Shown here: positions 19,342 through 28,906 of the stretch, in pieces
Position numbering within the stretch: position 1 is the stretch's first letter
Layout: each line of letters begins with the position of its first letter
Assembly: GCA_945865665.1 (NCBI GenBank)
Contig: CAMBEE010000001.1
Span: 71,874-135,873, forward strand
Length of the DNA stretch: 64,000 nt
Source: an uncultured Clostridium sp.
GTDB taxonomy: Bacteria > Bacillota > Clostridia > TANB77 > CAG-508
Direction of reading: 5' to 3'
Notes under the pieces: model-generated
Told to the model about the DNA's origin: nothing
Database searches by the model: none
Seen by the model: the letters and a program-made list of their open reading frames with translations, nothing else
Translations under genes and position numbers: made by a program

Positions 19342-20028
19342 TTAAAACCGATGCGCTTCATCAACAAATAATTTATCTGTTCTTCTGCTATTATCTTGTA
19401 ATTGTTCATTAGACCTACCCATTTCATTTAGTCTTTCATTTTCAATTTCTCGTTTACTCCATCTTGTTTCGCCATTTTCTCTACTATTTGTTTTATCATT
19501 TTCGTTGCTTGTTCTTGTATTTGTGATAGATGTAAAGCTAATTCGTTGTTCATCACTAATATTGTGTATTCTGCTTTCTTCTGTGTTTTTAGATAATGTA
19601 GTCTCATTTTTGCGTATTTTCCATCTGGAATCTTCTCCCTCTCCATTGTTAGATTTGGTATATTGTAATCTCCTACTTTCGTGTATGTTATTTTCTTCAT
19701 AATCAATTTCTCCTTCAATTTTTTCTCTAGCATTAATATTGCACCTTGTCATCATCATATATGAAACACTTGCCCATACACAAGGAACATACAAACTATA
19801 TAGTTCATCATCTGTATATTGTTCAAATTGAGTTCCTTTAATGTATTTTTTTATAGATGACATATAATCTTGAATATTATCAGTTACCATATTATAAGCA
19901 TTACGAATAAAATCATATTTGAAATTCCAACTACTACTATCTAAAAATGAGAGCAAATTTTCTTCTGTTTTAGTTACTTCCAATAATGTTTCTTTATATA
20001 ATTTTCTTGTTTCTGTTATTCTTCCCAT
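19342..20028 (-). pseudogene. N-terminal part of the same large helicase-type protein, carrying frameshifts
   Basis: The frame ends with LFVDEAHRF (motif II DEAH). The middle of this frame is junk-like. An overlapping frame (19428-19733) encodes a protein-like segment MKKITYTKVGDYNIPNL..., implying at least two frameshifts. Confidence 0.45.
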
Positions 20029-20048
20029 CTAAAACCTCCCTCCTTTAT

Positions 20049-20276
20049 TTAATTCATATCAATAAAAAAGTCCCATAATCCTTTAGTTTCTATTGCTTCT
20101 TGCATACTCCATATTGTTTCTATATCTTTTAATGTTAATTTGGGTATATTATCATTTTGATTTATCTTTTTTAATTCAGATACTTTCATGTTCAAAATAT
20201 CTTTTTCATTTGTCATATTTATACTTTTTAATTTTTTTAATAAATTCTTTTTACTTTTAGAACTATTTTCTGGCAT
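20049..20276 (-). CDS. Hypothetical small protein
   Basis: 75-aa ORF with an AGG-rich upstream sequence. No recognisable family. Confidence 0.25.
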   Translation of the reverse strand: MPENSSKSKKNLLKKLKSINMTNEKDILNMKVSELKKINQNDNIPKLTLKDIETIWSMQEAIETKGLWDFFIDMN

Positions 20277-20338
20277 TTTGCACCTCTTTCACAAAAAAAT
20301 AACCTTACTTTAAGTTTTAATCAAAATAAGGTTTTCTA

Positions 20339-20368
20339 TTGACTTTTTTATTAAATTTGTATTATAAT
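20339..20368 (+). promoter_or_regulatory. Consensus sigma-A promoter TTGACT-17-TATAAT driving a short + strand RNA
   Basis: ttgact at 20339-20344, a 17-nt spacer, then tataat at 20363-20368. No ORF follows. Confidence 0.5.
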
Positions 20369-20374
20369 AAGTAT

Positions 20375-20466
20375 AGGAAATGACAATTCCGTAAGATACG
20401 GTTTTGCCACGAAAGAGTTTTTTATAAACCATTCGCCCTGCAAAAGTAGAATGGTTTATTTTTTAT
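20375..20466 (+). ncRNA. Candidate about 90-nt antisense small RNA (type I antitoxin-like), ending at a rho-independent terminator
   Basis: It is promoter-driven. The terminator is aaaccattc-(14 nt)-gaatggttt plus attttttatttat at 20426-20466. The RNA is convergent with, and overlaps the 3' end of, the small hydrophobic ORF on the - strand. Confidence 0.35.
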
Positions 20467-20582
20467 TTATGTAGTTGCTTATCAACCCAGTTCTTATAAA
20501 GAACTGCAATTAAGGCAACGTTTAATGTTAAAGATAACATTAGCAATATTACAAAAAATAGTATTACTTTAACCATAAACAT
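20463..20582 (-). CDS. 39-aa hydrophobic peptide MFMVKVILFFVILLMLSLTLNVALIAVLYKNWVDKQLHK: candidate type I toxin
   Basis: RBS AAAGGTGGTG 4 nt before ATG. A single TM followed by a charged tail. A 13-bp inverted repeat (acggttttgccac at 20398-20410 and its complement at 20614-20626) brackets the locus. Confidence 0.35.
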   Translation of the reverse strand: MFMVKVILFFVILLMLSLTLNVALIAVLYKNWVDKQLHK

Positions 20583-20711
20583 CACCACCTTTCCTACGAT
20601 GTAATCGCAAAATTGGTGGCAAAACCGTTCCACTAATCATCAATTTCCTATACAAAATATTCTACAATATTTTTTTAATTATGTCTATAATATTTCTAAT
20701 TTTTATTTACT

Positions 20712-21191
20712 TTACTTTTTTACTTTTTTCTTATAATCATAAATTAATGTACCAACAAATAATATAGCAGATAATCCGCCAATTAAAGCAAATATTCCTG
20801 TATGTCTATCATCTCCTGTGTTTGGCACTTCGATTATATCATTTTCAAAATTAATGTTATATATTGAATCATTTTCTGCTATTAAATCCCCATCAACAAA
20901 TACCCCATTATCATTTATTTCAATATTTACTACTTTATTTGATAATTCATATCCAGCTGGTGCTTTTAGTTCTTTTATATAATATTTTCCATATCGTAGT
21001 TCTTCAAATATAACATATCCATCATTTTTATTTGATTTTACTTCTTTTATCAAATTATTACATTCTTCATCTTCATAGATTCCAAATACAAATTTTTCTT
21101 TTATTAATTCTTTGGTTTTACTATCTATTTTATTTAGTTTGATATTTTTTAATATCGGCATCTCTTTCTTCTTGTGTTGTAAAGAAATCAT
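20712..21191 (-). pseudogene. C-terminal fragment of a sortase-anchored surface protein (CnaB/SpaA-like domain + VPNTG sorting signal) lacking a signal peptide
   Basis: FVFGIYEDEE...YIKELKAPAGYEL is a CnaB-like segment. The C-terminus is VPNTGDD, then a TM, then KKKVKK. There is no N-terminal hydrophobic signal. The start overlaps the parA stop. Confidence 0.5.
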
Positions 21192-22015
21192 CTATCTTGG
21201 AAAAGTGCATTTTTTCTTCTTTCTCTTTCATTATCTTTCAAAACCTCCTTCGCAAATAATGAATAAGCCTCTGTGACTTTACTATTTTTGTTATAGGCTA
21301 TTATACTTTTTCCTTTTGATGTAGTTTCTGCTGCTTTAATAGCAAATGGAATATTGGTATCATATATTTTTACAACATTACCAAAATTATTTATCAATTC
21401 TTCTTTTATAGCACTCGGCAATTTTGTCCTATTATCAACCAATGTTAGTAATATTCCTCCAACTTTTAGTTCTTTGTTTAGTTGTCTTTTAACTTTAGCT
21501 ACTATATTCAATAAATTTCCCATTCCTCTTGCCGATAAATACTGACTTTGTACGGGGATAATTACTTCATTACTACAAGCTAAAGCATTAGTTGTTATCA
21601 TATTTAGTGATGGCATACAATCAATAATTATAAAGTCATATTGTTCTTTCAAATCTTTTAAACAACCCTCAAGTGCATACTCTCTTTTCATTGCATTCAT
21701 AAGTTCTGTTTCAACCATTGCTAATCCTAAATTAGAAGGAATCAAATCAATATTTTCTTTATGATGTAATACGGACTCATGTACATTTATGTTCTTGTCT
21801 TTAATGTATCTATCTATTAAAGTTCCTAATGTAACTGGAATATTGTCCTCATCATAAAATCCCATACAAGTTGTTAGATTAGCCTGTGGGTCGGCATCTA
21901 CCACTAAAACTTTTTTACCATTATTGGCTAAAGCAACTCCTAAACTAAAAGTTGTTGTTGTTTTACCAACTCTTCCTTTTTGATTTGCTATACTAATTAC
22001 TTTGCATTTTGACAT
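21188..22015 (-). CDS. parA: ParA/Soj-family partition ATPase
   Basis: Deviant Walker A KGRVGKTTT, VVDADPQANLT. 275 aa. Confidence 0.85.
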   Translation of the reverse strand: MSKCKVISIANQKGRVGKTTTTFSLGVALANNGKKVLVVDADPQANLTTCMGFYDEDNIPVTLGTLIDRYIKDKNINVHESVLHHKENIDLIPSNLGLAMVETELMNAMKREYALEGCLKDLKEQYDFIIIDCMPSLNMITTNALACSNEVIIPVQSQYLSARGMGNLLNIVAKVKRQLNKELKVGGILLTLVDNRTKLPSAIKEELINNFGNVVKIYDTNIPFAIKAAETTSKGKSIIAYNKNSKVTEAYSLFAKEVLKDNERERRKNALFQDR

Positions 22016-22173
22016 TTTTTAAACCTCCTTTCTTTTAAATTTGCTTTTAAATCTATTGAAATAAAAGCTATGTATAAGTGCTATAAAAAATAAGCGAATT
22101 GATAATTAAAATCAACCCGCCTATTTTTAACAATATTTTCTTTTTAACTTAAACAATATCTTATCAAGATAAT

Positions 22174-22380
22174 CTACAATATTACCTTTATAATTTTAGC
22201 TGTATGCTTTGCTCTAATTAAAGGAGAACAAATTATAATATCATAATCAATTGTTTTTATTTTTTCTCTTAATTCTTCAGCCTGTTTTATACCTTTTTTA
22301 GTTAAATCTTCATTTTCATTATTATATTGTTTTAATGCGTTATGTGGGACTTCTCCATGTCTTATTATATATACTTTCAT
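22174..22380 (-). pseudogene. N-terminal 68-aa fragment of a histidine phosphatase (phosphoglycerate-mutase family)
   Basis: VYIIRHGEVPHN is the RHG motif. It is truncated at one third of normal length. Confidence 0.5.
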
Positions 22381-22396
22381 TATATTTCACTCCTAT

Positions 22397-22543
22397 TTAT
22401 AAATTATCAATATGCTTAAAAACTTCATCTAAAGAATATATTTTATTTGATTTTATATCATCTAAACCTTGTTGTAACTTGCTTTTCAAATCATTTTTAT
22501 CTCTAATTATTACATTTTCTGGAGTATACTCATAATTTAACAT
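22397..22543 (-). CDS. 48-aa ORF with a strong RBS; possible small antitoxin-like protein
   Basis: GGAGG 7 nt before ATG. MLNYEYTPENVIIRDKNDL...KIYSLDEVFKHIDNL. Directly downstream of the Doc/Fic fragment. Confidence 0.3.
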   Translation of the reverse strand: MLNYEYTPENVIIRDKNDLKSKLQQGLDDIKSNKIYSLDEVFKHIDNL

Positions 22544-22560
22544 ATTGTTTACCTCCAATT

Positions 22561-22851
22561 TTATTCATTATTCAAAAAATTCACCACTAAATCTATAATT
22601 ACTTCTTTTTCCTTTGGATTCGATTCAGCAATTAATAAAGTAAGAGCCGTTAATGTATTATTATCAATTACTTGTTTACCGTTTTTATATAATATTCCGT
22701 AAAAATTTAGAAAATATATAAACAAAGTTGCTGCAATTCTTTTATTGCCATCTGCAAATACATGATTTTTTACTATTAAATATAAGAAATTTGCTCCTTT
22801 TTCTTCTATACTCTTTTTATCAGCAAATTCGGAATTTCCGAATTTAGTCAT
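22561..22851 (-). pseudogene. Fic/Doc-family (death-on-curing toxin-like) fragment
   Basis: The Fic motif HVFADGNKRIAAT lies only about 30 aa from the start (normally about 65). The N-terminus is missing. There is no space for an upstream antitoxin. Confidence 0.5.
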
Positions 22852-22927
22852 AGTTTCTTTTTTTATTCCTTGGTTTTCAAATAAAATAATTTAATTTCTT
22901 TTTTCGTCCATAAGAACACATCCCTTA

Positions 22928-24268
22928 TTATATAAAATTTTTTTCATTTAAATATCTTTTTAATAAAAATGTAAGAAAATATGGAAATGTATAAAATTTT
23001 CCATTAAATCCAATATTTTTATTGCAAAGTTTTATTCCGTATTTTATATCTTTATATTTATCATTATCAATTAAATTATTTAAAGATATTGTGGCATTAT
23101 CACTTGCCTTCACTTCTACTGGAATTAAATAATTTGTATCTCTTACAAAGAAATCCATTTTAAGTCTGCCCGTTTCATCCCTATAAAAGTATAAATTATA
23201 TCCTTCTTTAACTAACATATCTGCAACTATATTTTCATAAATCGCACCTTTATAAGTATTGAAATTTTTATTTCTTCTTAAATCAAGTTGAGCTTCTTCA
23301 TCCAATGTTGCAATCAGTAGACCAGGATCTCCAAAATATAATCTATAATTATCAGGATTATAGTTTCCTTTTAACGGTAAACTTACTTGTTCAAGACAAT
23401 AGCAAATATTAACTATTCCAGCATTTTCTAGCCATTCTACAACTCCAACATATTCCCTATTTCGAGCTCCAGAAGAAATTTTTGTTATTTGAAATTTTTT
23501 ATTTTCATTACCCAGAAATACAGGAATTTTTCTATATGCATTTAGTATTTTTGTTTTATCAAGTCCACCTGCATATTTAGTAATATCCTCTTCGTAGTCC
23601 AATATTATTTGTTTTTGCATTTCTAGAATTCCAGTATATGTTTTGTTTTCAACAAATGTTTTAACAATTAGCGGCATTCCTCCAACAATCATATATTCTT
23701 GAAAATTTTCCATCATAACATCATATTGTATTTTTGATAATGGTTCATTTTTTGCCATACATTGATATAAATCTTCTATTTGCTCATTGCTATATCCTTT
23801 TGCCCATAAATATTCTTCAAAATCTAATGAATGCATTATATAATCAATTTTATTGCCTACACTATTTGATTCAATTTCTTCATAATTTATTCCCATTAAG
23901 GATCCTGAGCATATAACATCAAATCTTCCGTCTTCTCTAAAGGCTTTTAAAGCCGTTGCACAACTTGGATAGTCCTGTATTTCATCAAAAAATATTAATG
24001 TTTCTCCAGGTATGAATTGAAAATCTCCATTTTTAAATGTGATATCTTTAATGACTCTATCTATTTCAAATCCTTTATCGAAAATGTCTTTATATTCTGG
24101 CTGTAAAACAAAATTTATTTCAATTAAACTTTTATAATTATTTAATCCAAAGTTTTTTATTGATTCAGTTTTTCCAATTTGTCTTGCACCTTTTACTATT
24201 AATGGCATTTTATTTTTGCTTTTTTTCCATTCTATTAAATATTCATCAATTTTTCTTTTTAATCTCAT
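22928..24268 (-). CDS. AAA+ ATPase (DUF4143-type, COG1373)
   Basis: Walker A GARQIGKT, Walker B IFFDEIQ. 446 aa. Confidence 0.8.
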   Translation of the reverse strand: MRLKRKIDEYLIEWKKSKNKMPLIVKGARQIGKTESIKNFGLNNYKSLIEINFVLQPEYKDIFDKGFEIDRVIKDITFKNGDFQFIPGETLIFFDEIQDYPSCATALKAFREDGRFDVICSGSLMGINYEEIESNSVGNKIDYIMHSLDFEEYLWAKGYSNEQIEDLYQCMAKNEPLSKIQYDVMMENFQEYMIVGGMPLIVKTFVENKTYTGILEMQKQIILDYEEDITKYAGGLDKTKILNAYRKIPVFLGNENKKFQITKISSGARNREYVGVVEWLENAGIVNICYCLEQVSLPLKGNYNPDNYRLYFGDPGLLIATLDEEAQLDLRRNKNFNTYKGAIYENIVADMLVKEGYNLYFYRDETGRLKMDFFVRDTNYLIPVEVKASDNATISLNNLIDNDKYKDIKYGIKLCNKNIGFNGKFYTFPYFLTFLLKRYLNEKNFI

Positions 24269-24394
24269 ATTATCACCTTCAGCATTAGTATATCACATTT
24301 TTTACATTGTTTTTCGACAAATTATCACATTTTCTTATATAATTTAAAAGTATGTATAAAAAGCAAAAATTTATATATTTTATAAAAGACTCTT

Positions 24395-25060
24395 CTAATT
24401 TTGTTCAACCTTAATAACATTATCAAAACTAATTAAATCAGTAACAAAAGAATGTTCAGATTTCTTTTTATCTTTACCAATTATTTTAATGATATTATTT
24501 TTATATTTAGACATATCCAATTCAGTAACAATAATATCATTATCTTCAAGCATTTTTTTAATTTGATTTAAAGTTTCTTGGCTTTGTTTTTCAAGTTCAA
24601 TTTCTAGTTCTAACATATTATAATGTTCAATTTTATCAGATATCAAATATGAGTAAGATAAAATTACATAAACTAACGCTGTAGCAATTATTCCGCATAA
24701 ATAATATCCTGCACCTATACACAATCCAATACAAGTAACTGCAAGTAATGTTGAGGCAGTTGTTAAGCCTTTAACATTAAATCCATCTCTCAATATTGTT
24801 CCAGCACCTAGGAATCCTATTCCTGATAATAATTGTGCTGGTATTCTTGAAGAATCTACACCAAATGATTTTGACATATATTCACCACATATCATGACTA
24901 AAACTGCACTTATTCCAACTAAAGCATGTGTTCTAAATCCTGCTGGTTTGCTCCAAGATGATCTTTCTAATCCTATAATTCCTGCTAATATAATTCCCAA
25001 TAACAATTTTACAATTGTTTGGAATTCGAAACTGTTAATAATTGTTTTTGCTATTTCCAT
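24395..25060 (-). CDS. mgtC: MgtC/SapB-family membrane protein
   Basis: LLGIILAGIIGLERS...AGFRTHALVGISAVLVMI is the family signature, followed by a C-terminal soluble domain. Confidence 0.8.
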   Translation of the reverse strand: MEIAKTIINSFEFQTIVKLLLGIILAGIIGLERSSWSKPAGFRTHALVGISAVLVMICGEYMSKSFGVDSSRIPAQLLSGIGFLGAGTILRDGFNVKGLTTASTLLAVTCIGLCIGAGYYLCGIIATALVYVILSYSYLISDKIEHYNMLELEIELEKQSQETLNQIKKMLEDNDIIVTELDMSKYKNNIIKIIGKDKKKSEHSFVTDLISFDNVIKVEQN

Positions 25061-25168
25061 TTTTTCTCCCTTTCTATCTTAAAATTACTAAAACAAATAG
25101 CAGACATAATTGTCTTTGATTTAAAAGCTACATTTTTGTTTGCACACACAAATCTGCTATTGTTTATT

Positions 25169-27745
25169 TTATTCAACTTTACTTTTATTTTGATTTACAT
25201 CATTTTTTGAAGATGTTGTATTTTCATTTTTCTTATTTTCACTTGATGTTGACGAAGATGTATTAGTAGTATTTTTATTGGTGTTTGTTGATGTTGATTC
25301 ATGTTTATTATCACTTGCATCTGTTGTGTTTGTGGCATTTGGTTTAGTATTAGAATTGCCATTATTATCATGTTTTGTTCCGGCACTGCTGTTATTCGTC
25401 TTATTAGTATTTGTATTTCCATTAGAATTTGTATTTTCTTCTTTAATTGTTGTAGTTGGAACATCCAAATCATCTTTCGTAGTAGTATCAAATGAATCTG
25501 CATTAGAATTTGTATTATTTGTATTTTTATTAGATGTATTACCATCATTTATTTCAGTTCCGGCATGTTTTGTACATGTTGTTGGTTTTGTACCAATCAA
25601 AAAATATTCATCATAAGTATTTGGACAGCCAGTATTTGCTTTTCTACCAGTTTCAGCACAAACAGTTACTTTGAAAACTGATGATGGCTTATCAAATTTT
25701 TCACTTTGTAAATTTGAATGTACTCTACTCATAATATTAGCCCATAAAATTCCTGCTGGATTTTTTTTGCCATTATAATTGATTGACTCATTTTTGTCAT
25801 ATCCATACCATGTAACACCTGTATAATATGGTGTAAATCCGCAAAGCCATCTATCATAATTATCATCTGTTGTTCCTGTTTTTGCAGCAACATCCATTCC
25901 AGAAATAGAGCAATATGTAGCTGTTCCATAGTTTCCTTTTACAGGTTCTGTTAATAATTCTTTTACTATGTAAGCAACTTCTTTTGAAAATACTCTTTTC
26001 TTTTTCTGCTTTACTTCTACAATAACTTTTTTATTTGATGTCTCAGCTTTTGTATAAAATGTTGGTTCTATATATTCTCCGTCATTCGCAATTGTTGCAT
26101 ATGCCCCAGCCATTTGTAATGGGCTTATTCCTTTGTCTAACCCACCTAATGCAAGTGCTAAATTTTCGTCTTTTGGGCTAAGTGTTGTAATTCCCATTTT
26201 TTCAAGATATTTCATGGCTGTTTTTGGTCCTATTTTTTCCATCATTTCTACAAATGGAATATTTTGAGAAGATTCTAGAGCCCTTCTCACAGTTATATTT
26301 CCAAGATATTTACTATAGTTTTCAGGTTTGTATCCATCAGCAAATATTGTTTGTTCGTCCGCAAATATTGTTGATCCTGTAAACTCTTTTTTAGCAATTC
26401 CAGGAACTAAAACAGCTATTGGCTTTATGCACGAACCAGTTTGCCTAATTGATTGAGTTGCACGGTTTAATCCTCTTGATGTCGTTTTTTTACCAAGTCC
26501 ACCTACACAACCTACAACTTGCCCTGTTTTATGGTCTATCATAACCATAGCAGCTTGTGAAGAGTCTCCTCCTGTTTTTGATGCAAGTTGATATTTAGTT
26601 TTTTCAAATTCTTTTTCCATTTGATTTTGAACAGATGTATTTTGAGTGCTATAAATTGTAAGACCTGCCATATTTACATAGTTTGTGGCAAATGTTTTTG
26701 CAATTTTCTTTTTATCTGCAATGTCATCTATTAGTTGTGATATTAACGCATCTGTATGATATGAATAAACTGCATCATCTGTTTCAATTTTTCCTTTTTT
26801 AAATTTTAGTCCATTGTCAACATTTGCAACAGCTGTATTATATTCATCTTCATTAATATATTTAAGTTTCAACATTTTTGACAAAACAGTTTTTGTTCTG
26901 GTTTTAATCTTTTCTGTATTATCCTTGTCACCATAAGGATTATAGGAATTTGGTGAATTATTAATACCAGCCAAAAATGCACATTCTTCTAATGATAAGT
27001 CACTTACCGATTTATTAAAATAATAGTTTGCACCTGTTTCAATTCCATAAACATTTGGTCCTACATAGATTATATTTAAATATAAAGCTAATATTTCATC
27101 TTTATTCATAAAAGATTCAAGTATTAATGCTTTCCCCCACTCGTTTACCTTTCTAGAAATCTTACTTGAAGAATCTCCCGTTAAGTTTTTTACAACTTGT
27201 TGTGTTATACTACTTCCTCCAAATGATGATGAACCACGGTGAAATACATATGATACTATTGCAGCACTTGTTCTTTTTACATCTACCCCATGGTGCTTAT
27301 AAAATCTTTCATCTTCTATTGCTACATACGCATTCTTTAAATTGCTTGGAATTTCTGATGCAGAAATTTTATTTTTTGCTTTTTCACTTCCTATTTCCGC
27401 TATAGTTTTCCCATCTGTATCTTTAACAATTGAATTTTCATTTTTTGACATTTCCTGTACTAAGCTTTTCCATCTATTTGCTGATACAGCTGTACGTATT
27501 CCAAAAATTAAAATTAAAGCAATAATAAGTGATAATATTACTAGATTTATTTTCTTTTTTCTTTTTATTTGTTCTGGGGTTTTTGTTTGCCTTCTTCTAT
27601 CAGCTTTTTCAAATTTTTGATTATTAGAATTATTTATTATATTTTGAATGTTATCTGTTTTTCTATTTTGTTTTATTCTTTTTTTATTATCTTTTTTTGG
27701 TATCTTTATTATGGTTCTTCTTTCTTTTGAATGCTTACTTTTCAT
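25169..27745 (-). CDS. Class A penicillin-binding protein (PBP1A, transglycosylase + transpeptidase) with an about 150-aa N/T/S-rich low-complexity C-terminal tail
   Basis: GT51 motifs EDERFYKHHGVD and RGSSSFGGSSITQQ. Transpeptidase motifs STGSCIKP (the SxxK-motif region) and KTGTT. The tail is NTNNTNSN... Confidence 0.9.
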   Translation of the reverse strand: MKSKHSKERRTIIKIPKKDNKKRIKQNRKTDNIQNIINNSNNQKFEKADRRRQTKTPEQIKRKKKINLVILSLIIALILIFGIRTAVSANRWKSLVQEMSKNENSIVKDTDGKTIAEIGSEKAKNKISASEIPSNLKNAYVAIEDERFYKHHGVDVKRTSAAIVSYVFHRGSSSFGGSSITQQVVKNLTGDSSSKISRKVNEWGKALILESFMNKDEILALYLNIIYVGPNVYGIETGANYYFNKSVSDLSLEECAFLAGINNSPNSYNPYGDKDNTEKIKTRTKTVLSKMLKLKYINEDEYNTAVANVDNGLKFKKGKIETDDAVYSYHTDALISQLIDDIADKKKIAKTFATNYVNMAGLTIYSTQNTSVQNQMEKEFEKTKYQLASKTGGDSSQAAMVMIDHKTGQVVGCVGGLGKKTTSRGLNRATQSIRQTGSCIKPIAVLVPGIAKKEFTGSTIFADEQTIFADGYKPENYSKYLGNITVRRALESSQNIPFVEMMEKIGPKTAMKYLEKMGITTLSPKDENLALALGGLDKGISPLQMAGAYATIANDGEYIEPTFYTKAETSNKKVIVEVKQKKKRVFSKEVAYIVKELLTEPVKGNYGTATYCSISGMDVAAKTGTTDDNYDRWLCGFTPYYTGVTWYGYDKNESINYNGKKNPAGILWANIMSRVHSNLQSEKFDKPSSVFKVTVCAETGRKANTGCPNTYDEYFLIGTKPTTCTKHAGTEINDGNTSNKNTNNTNSNADSFDTTTKDDLDVPTTTIKEENTNSNGNTNTNKTNNSSAGTKHDNNGNSNTKPNATNTTDASDNKHESTSTNTNKNTTNTSSSTSSENKKNENTTSSKNDVNQNKSKVE

Positions 27746-27879
27746 TTATCTACCTCTCAAATTTTTTCAATCAAAATTATGTTACAGTTCAGTAACATAA
27801 TTATAACATATTTTTAAAAATAAATAAATAAATTATTCCATTTTAATAAATTTTATTATATAATATCAATGAATGGAGT

Positions 27880-28878
27880 GTGAAACATATGATAAATCAT
27901 GAAGATAACCCAGAATACTTAAACTCATTTTTAGACTATACAATGACAATTTTAAATAAATCACCTAACACTGTTAAAGAATATAACTATGATTTAGCAA
28001 CATTTTTAAAGTTTATAAAAATGCACTTTGGTTTAACAACTGAAGAAGATTTTTCAAAAATAGAAATTAAAGATGTTGATTTAAATACTATAAAAAAAAT
28101 CAAATTAGACGATATTCATGCTTTTTTAAGCTATTTAACTACTACATACCACAGCAAAGCCGCAACTCGTGCACGAAAAGTATCAAGTATTAGAGTTTTC
28201 TTTAATTATTTATGTGCTAAAGCAAATCTAATTGAAAATAATCCAGCTCAAAATTTGGAAACTCCAAAATTAGATAGACGTCTTCCAAAATATTTAAGTT
28301 TAGAAGATAGTCAAAAACTTTTAGAAGTTACAGAAAATGAAGATAATAGAAATTATCAAAGAGATTATGCTATTATCACACTATTTTTAAATTGTGGTAT
28401 GCGTTTGTCTGAATTGGTTGGAATAAATATAAATGATATAGATTTTTCTGAAAATAAAATGACTGTTATTGGTAAAGGTAATAAAGAAAGAACAATTTAT
28501 CTAAATAAAGCCTGTGTAAGAGCCATTGGAAATTATTTAGAGGTTAGGCCGAAAGATGGTATTAAGACAGATAAATTAAATTCAAGAAAAGCTCTTTTTT
28601 TAAGTGAAAGACGCGAACGTATTAGTAAAAGAACGGTTCAACATATTGTTGATAAAGAACTAATGGCTGCGGGCCTTGATACAAAAAAATATTCAACGCA
28701 TAAATTAAGACATACTGCGGCTACATTAATGTATCAATATGGAAAAGTTGATATAAGGGCTTTACAGGAAGTCTTAGGGCATGAAAGTATTTCTACTACA
28801 GAAATTTATACCCATGTTGCCAATCAGCAAGCAAGAAATGCTATTGAAAGTAATCCATTAGCAAATTTCAATAAATAA
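27880..28878 (+). CDS. Tyrosine site-specific recombinase (XerC/XerD family)
   Basis: N-terminal SAM-like domain NTVKEYNYDLATFLKF. Catalytic region HKLRHTAATLMYQYG...LGHESISTTEIYTHV carrying the R-H-R-Y residues. Confidence 0.85.
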   Translation: MKHMINHEDNPEYLNSFLDYTMTILNKSPNTVKEYNYDLATFLKFIKMHFGLTTEEDFSKIEIKDVDLNTIKKIKLDDIHAFLSYLTTTYHSKAATRARKVSSIRVFFNYLCAKANLIENNPAQNLETPKLDRRLPKYLSLEDSQKLLEVTENEDNRNYQRDYAIITLFLNCGMRLSELVGININDIDFSENKMTVIGKGNKERTIYLNKACVRAIGNYLEVRPKDGIKTDKLNSRKALFLSERRERISKRTVQHIVDKELMAAGLDTKKYSTHKLRHTAATLMYQYGKVDIRALQEVLGHESISTTEIYTHVANQQARNAIESNPLANFNK

Positions 28879-28906
28879 CAAGGTGCCCTAATTAAAGGAC
28901 ACCTTC
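28879..28906. terminator. Bidirectional terminator-like hairpin between convergent genes
   Basis: aaggtgccct-aatt-aaaggacacctt pairs 9 of 10 positions and is followed by cttctttc. Confidence 0.35.

Noticed and set aside
20290-20336. Hairpin aacctta...taaggtt with a 20-nt loop upstream of the sRNA promoter, considered as a terminator
   Set aside because: The loop is too large and the U-tract is weak. It more likely just precedes the consensus promoter.
25195-25616. Track ORFs 25195-25548(-), 25278-25616(+) and 25301-25495(+) inside the PBP1A tail region
   Set aside because: They overlap the PBP1A coding strand. Their low-complexity Q/I-rich and L/V/F-rich products are frame artefacts of the N/T-rich repeat DNA.
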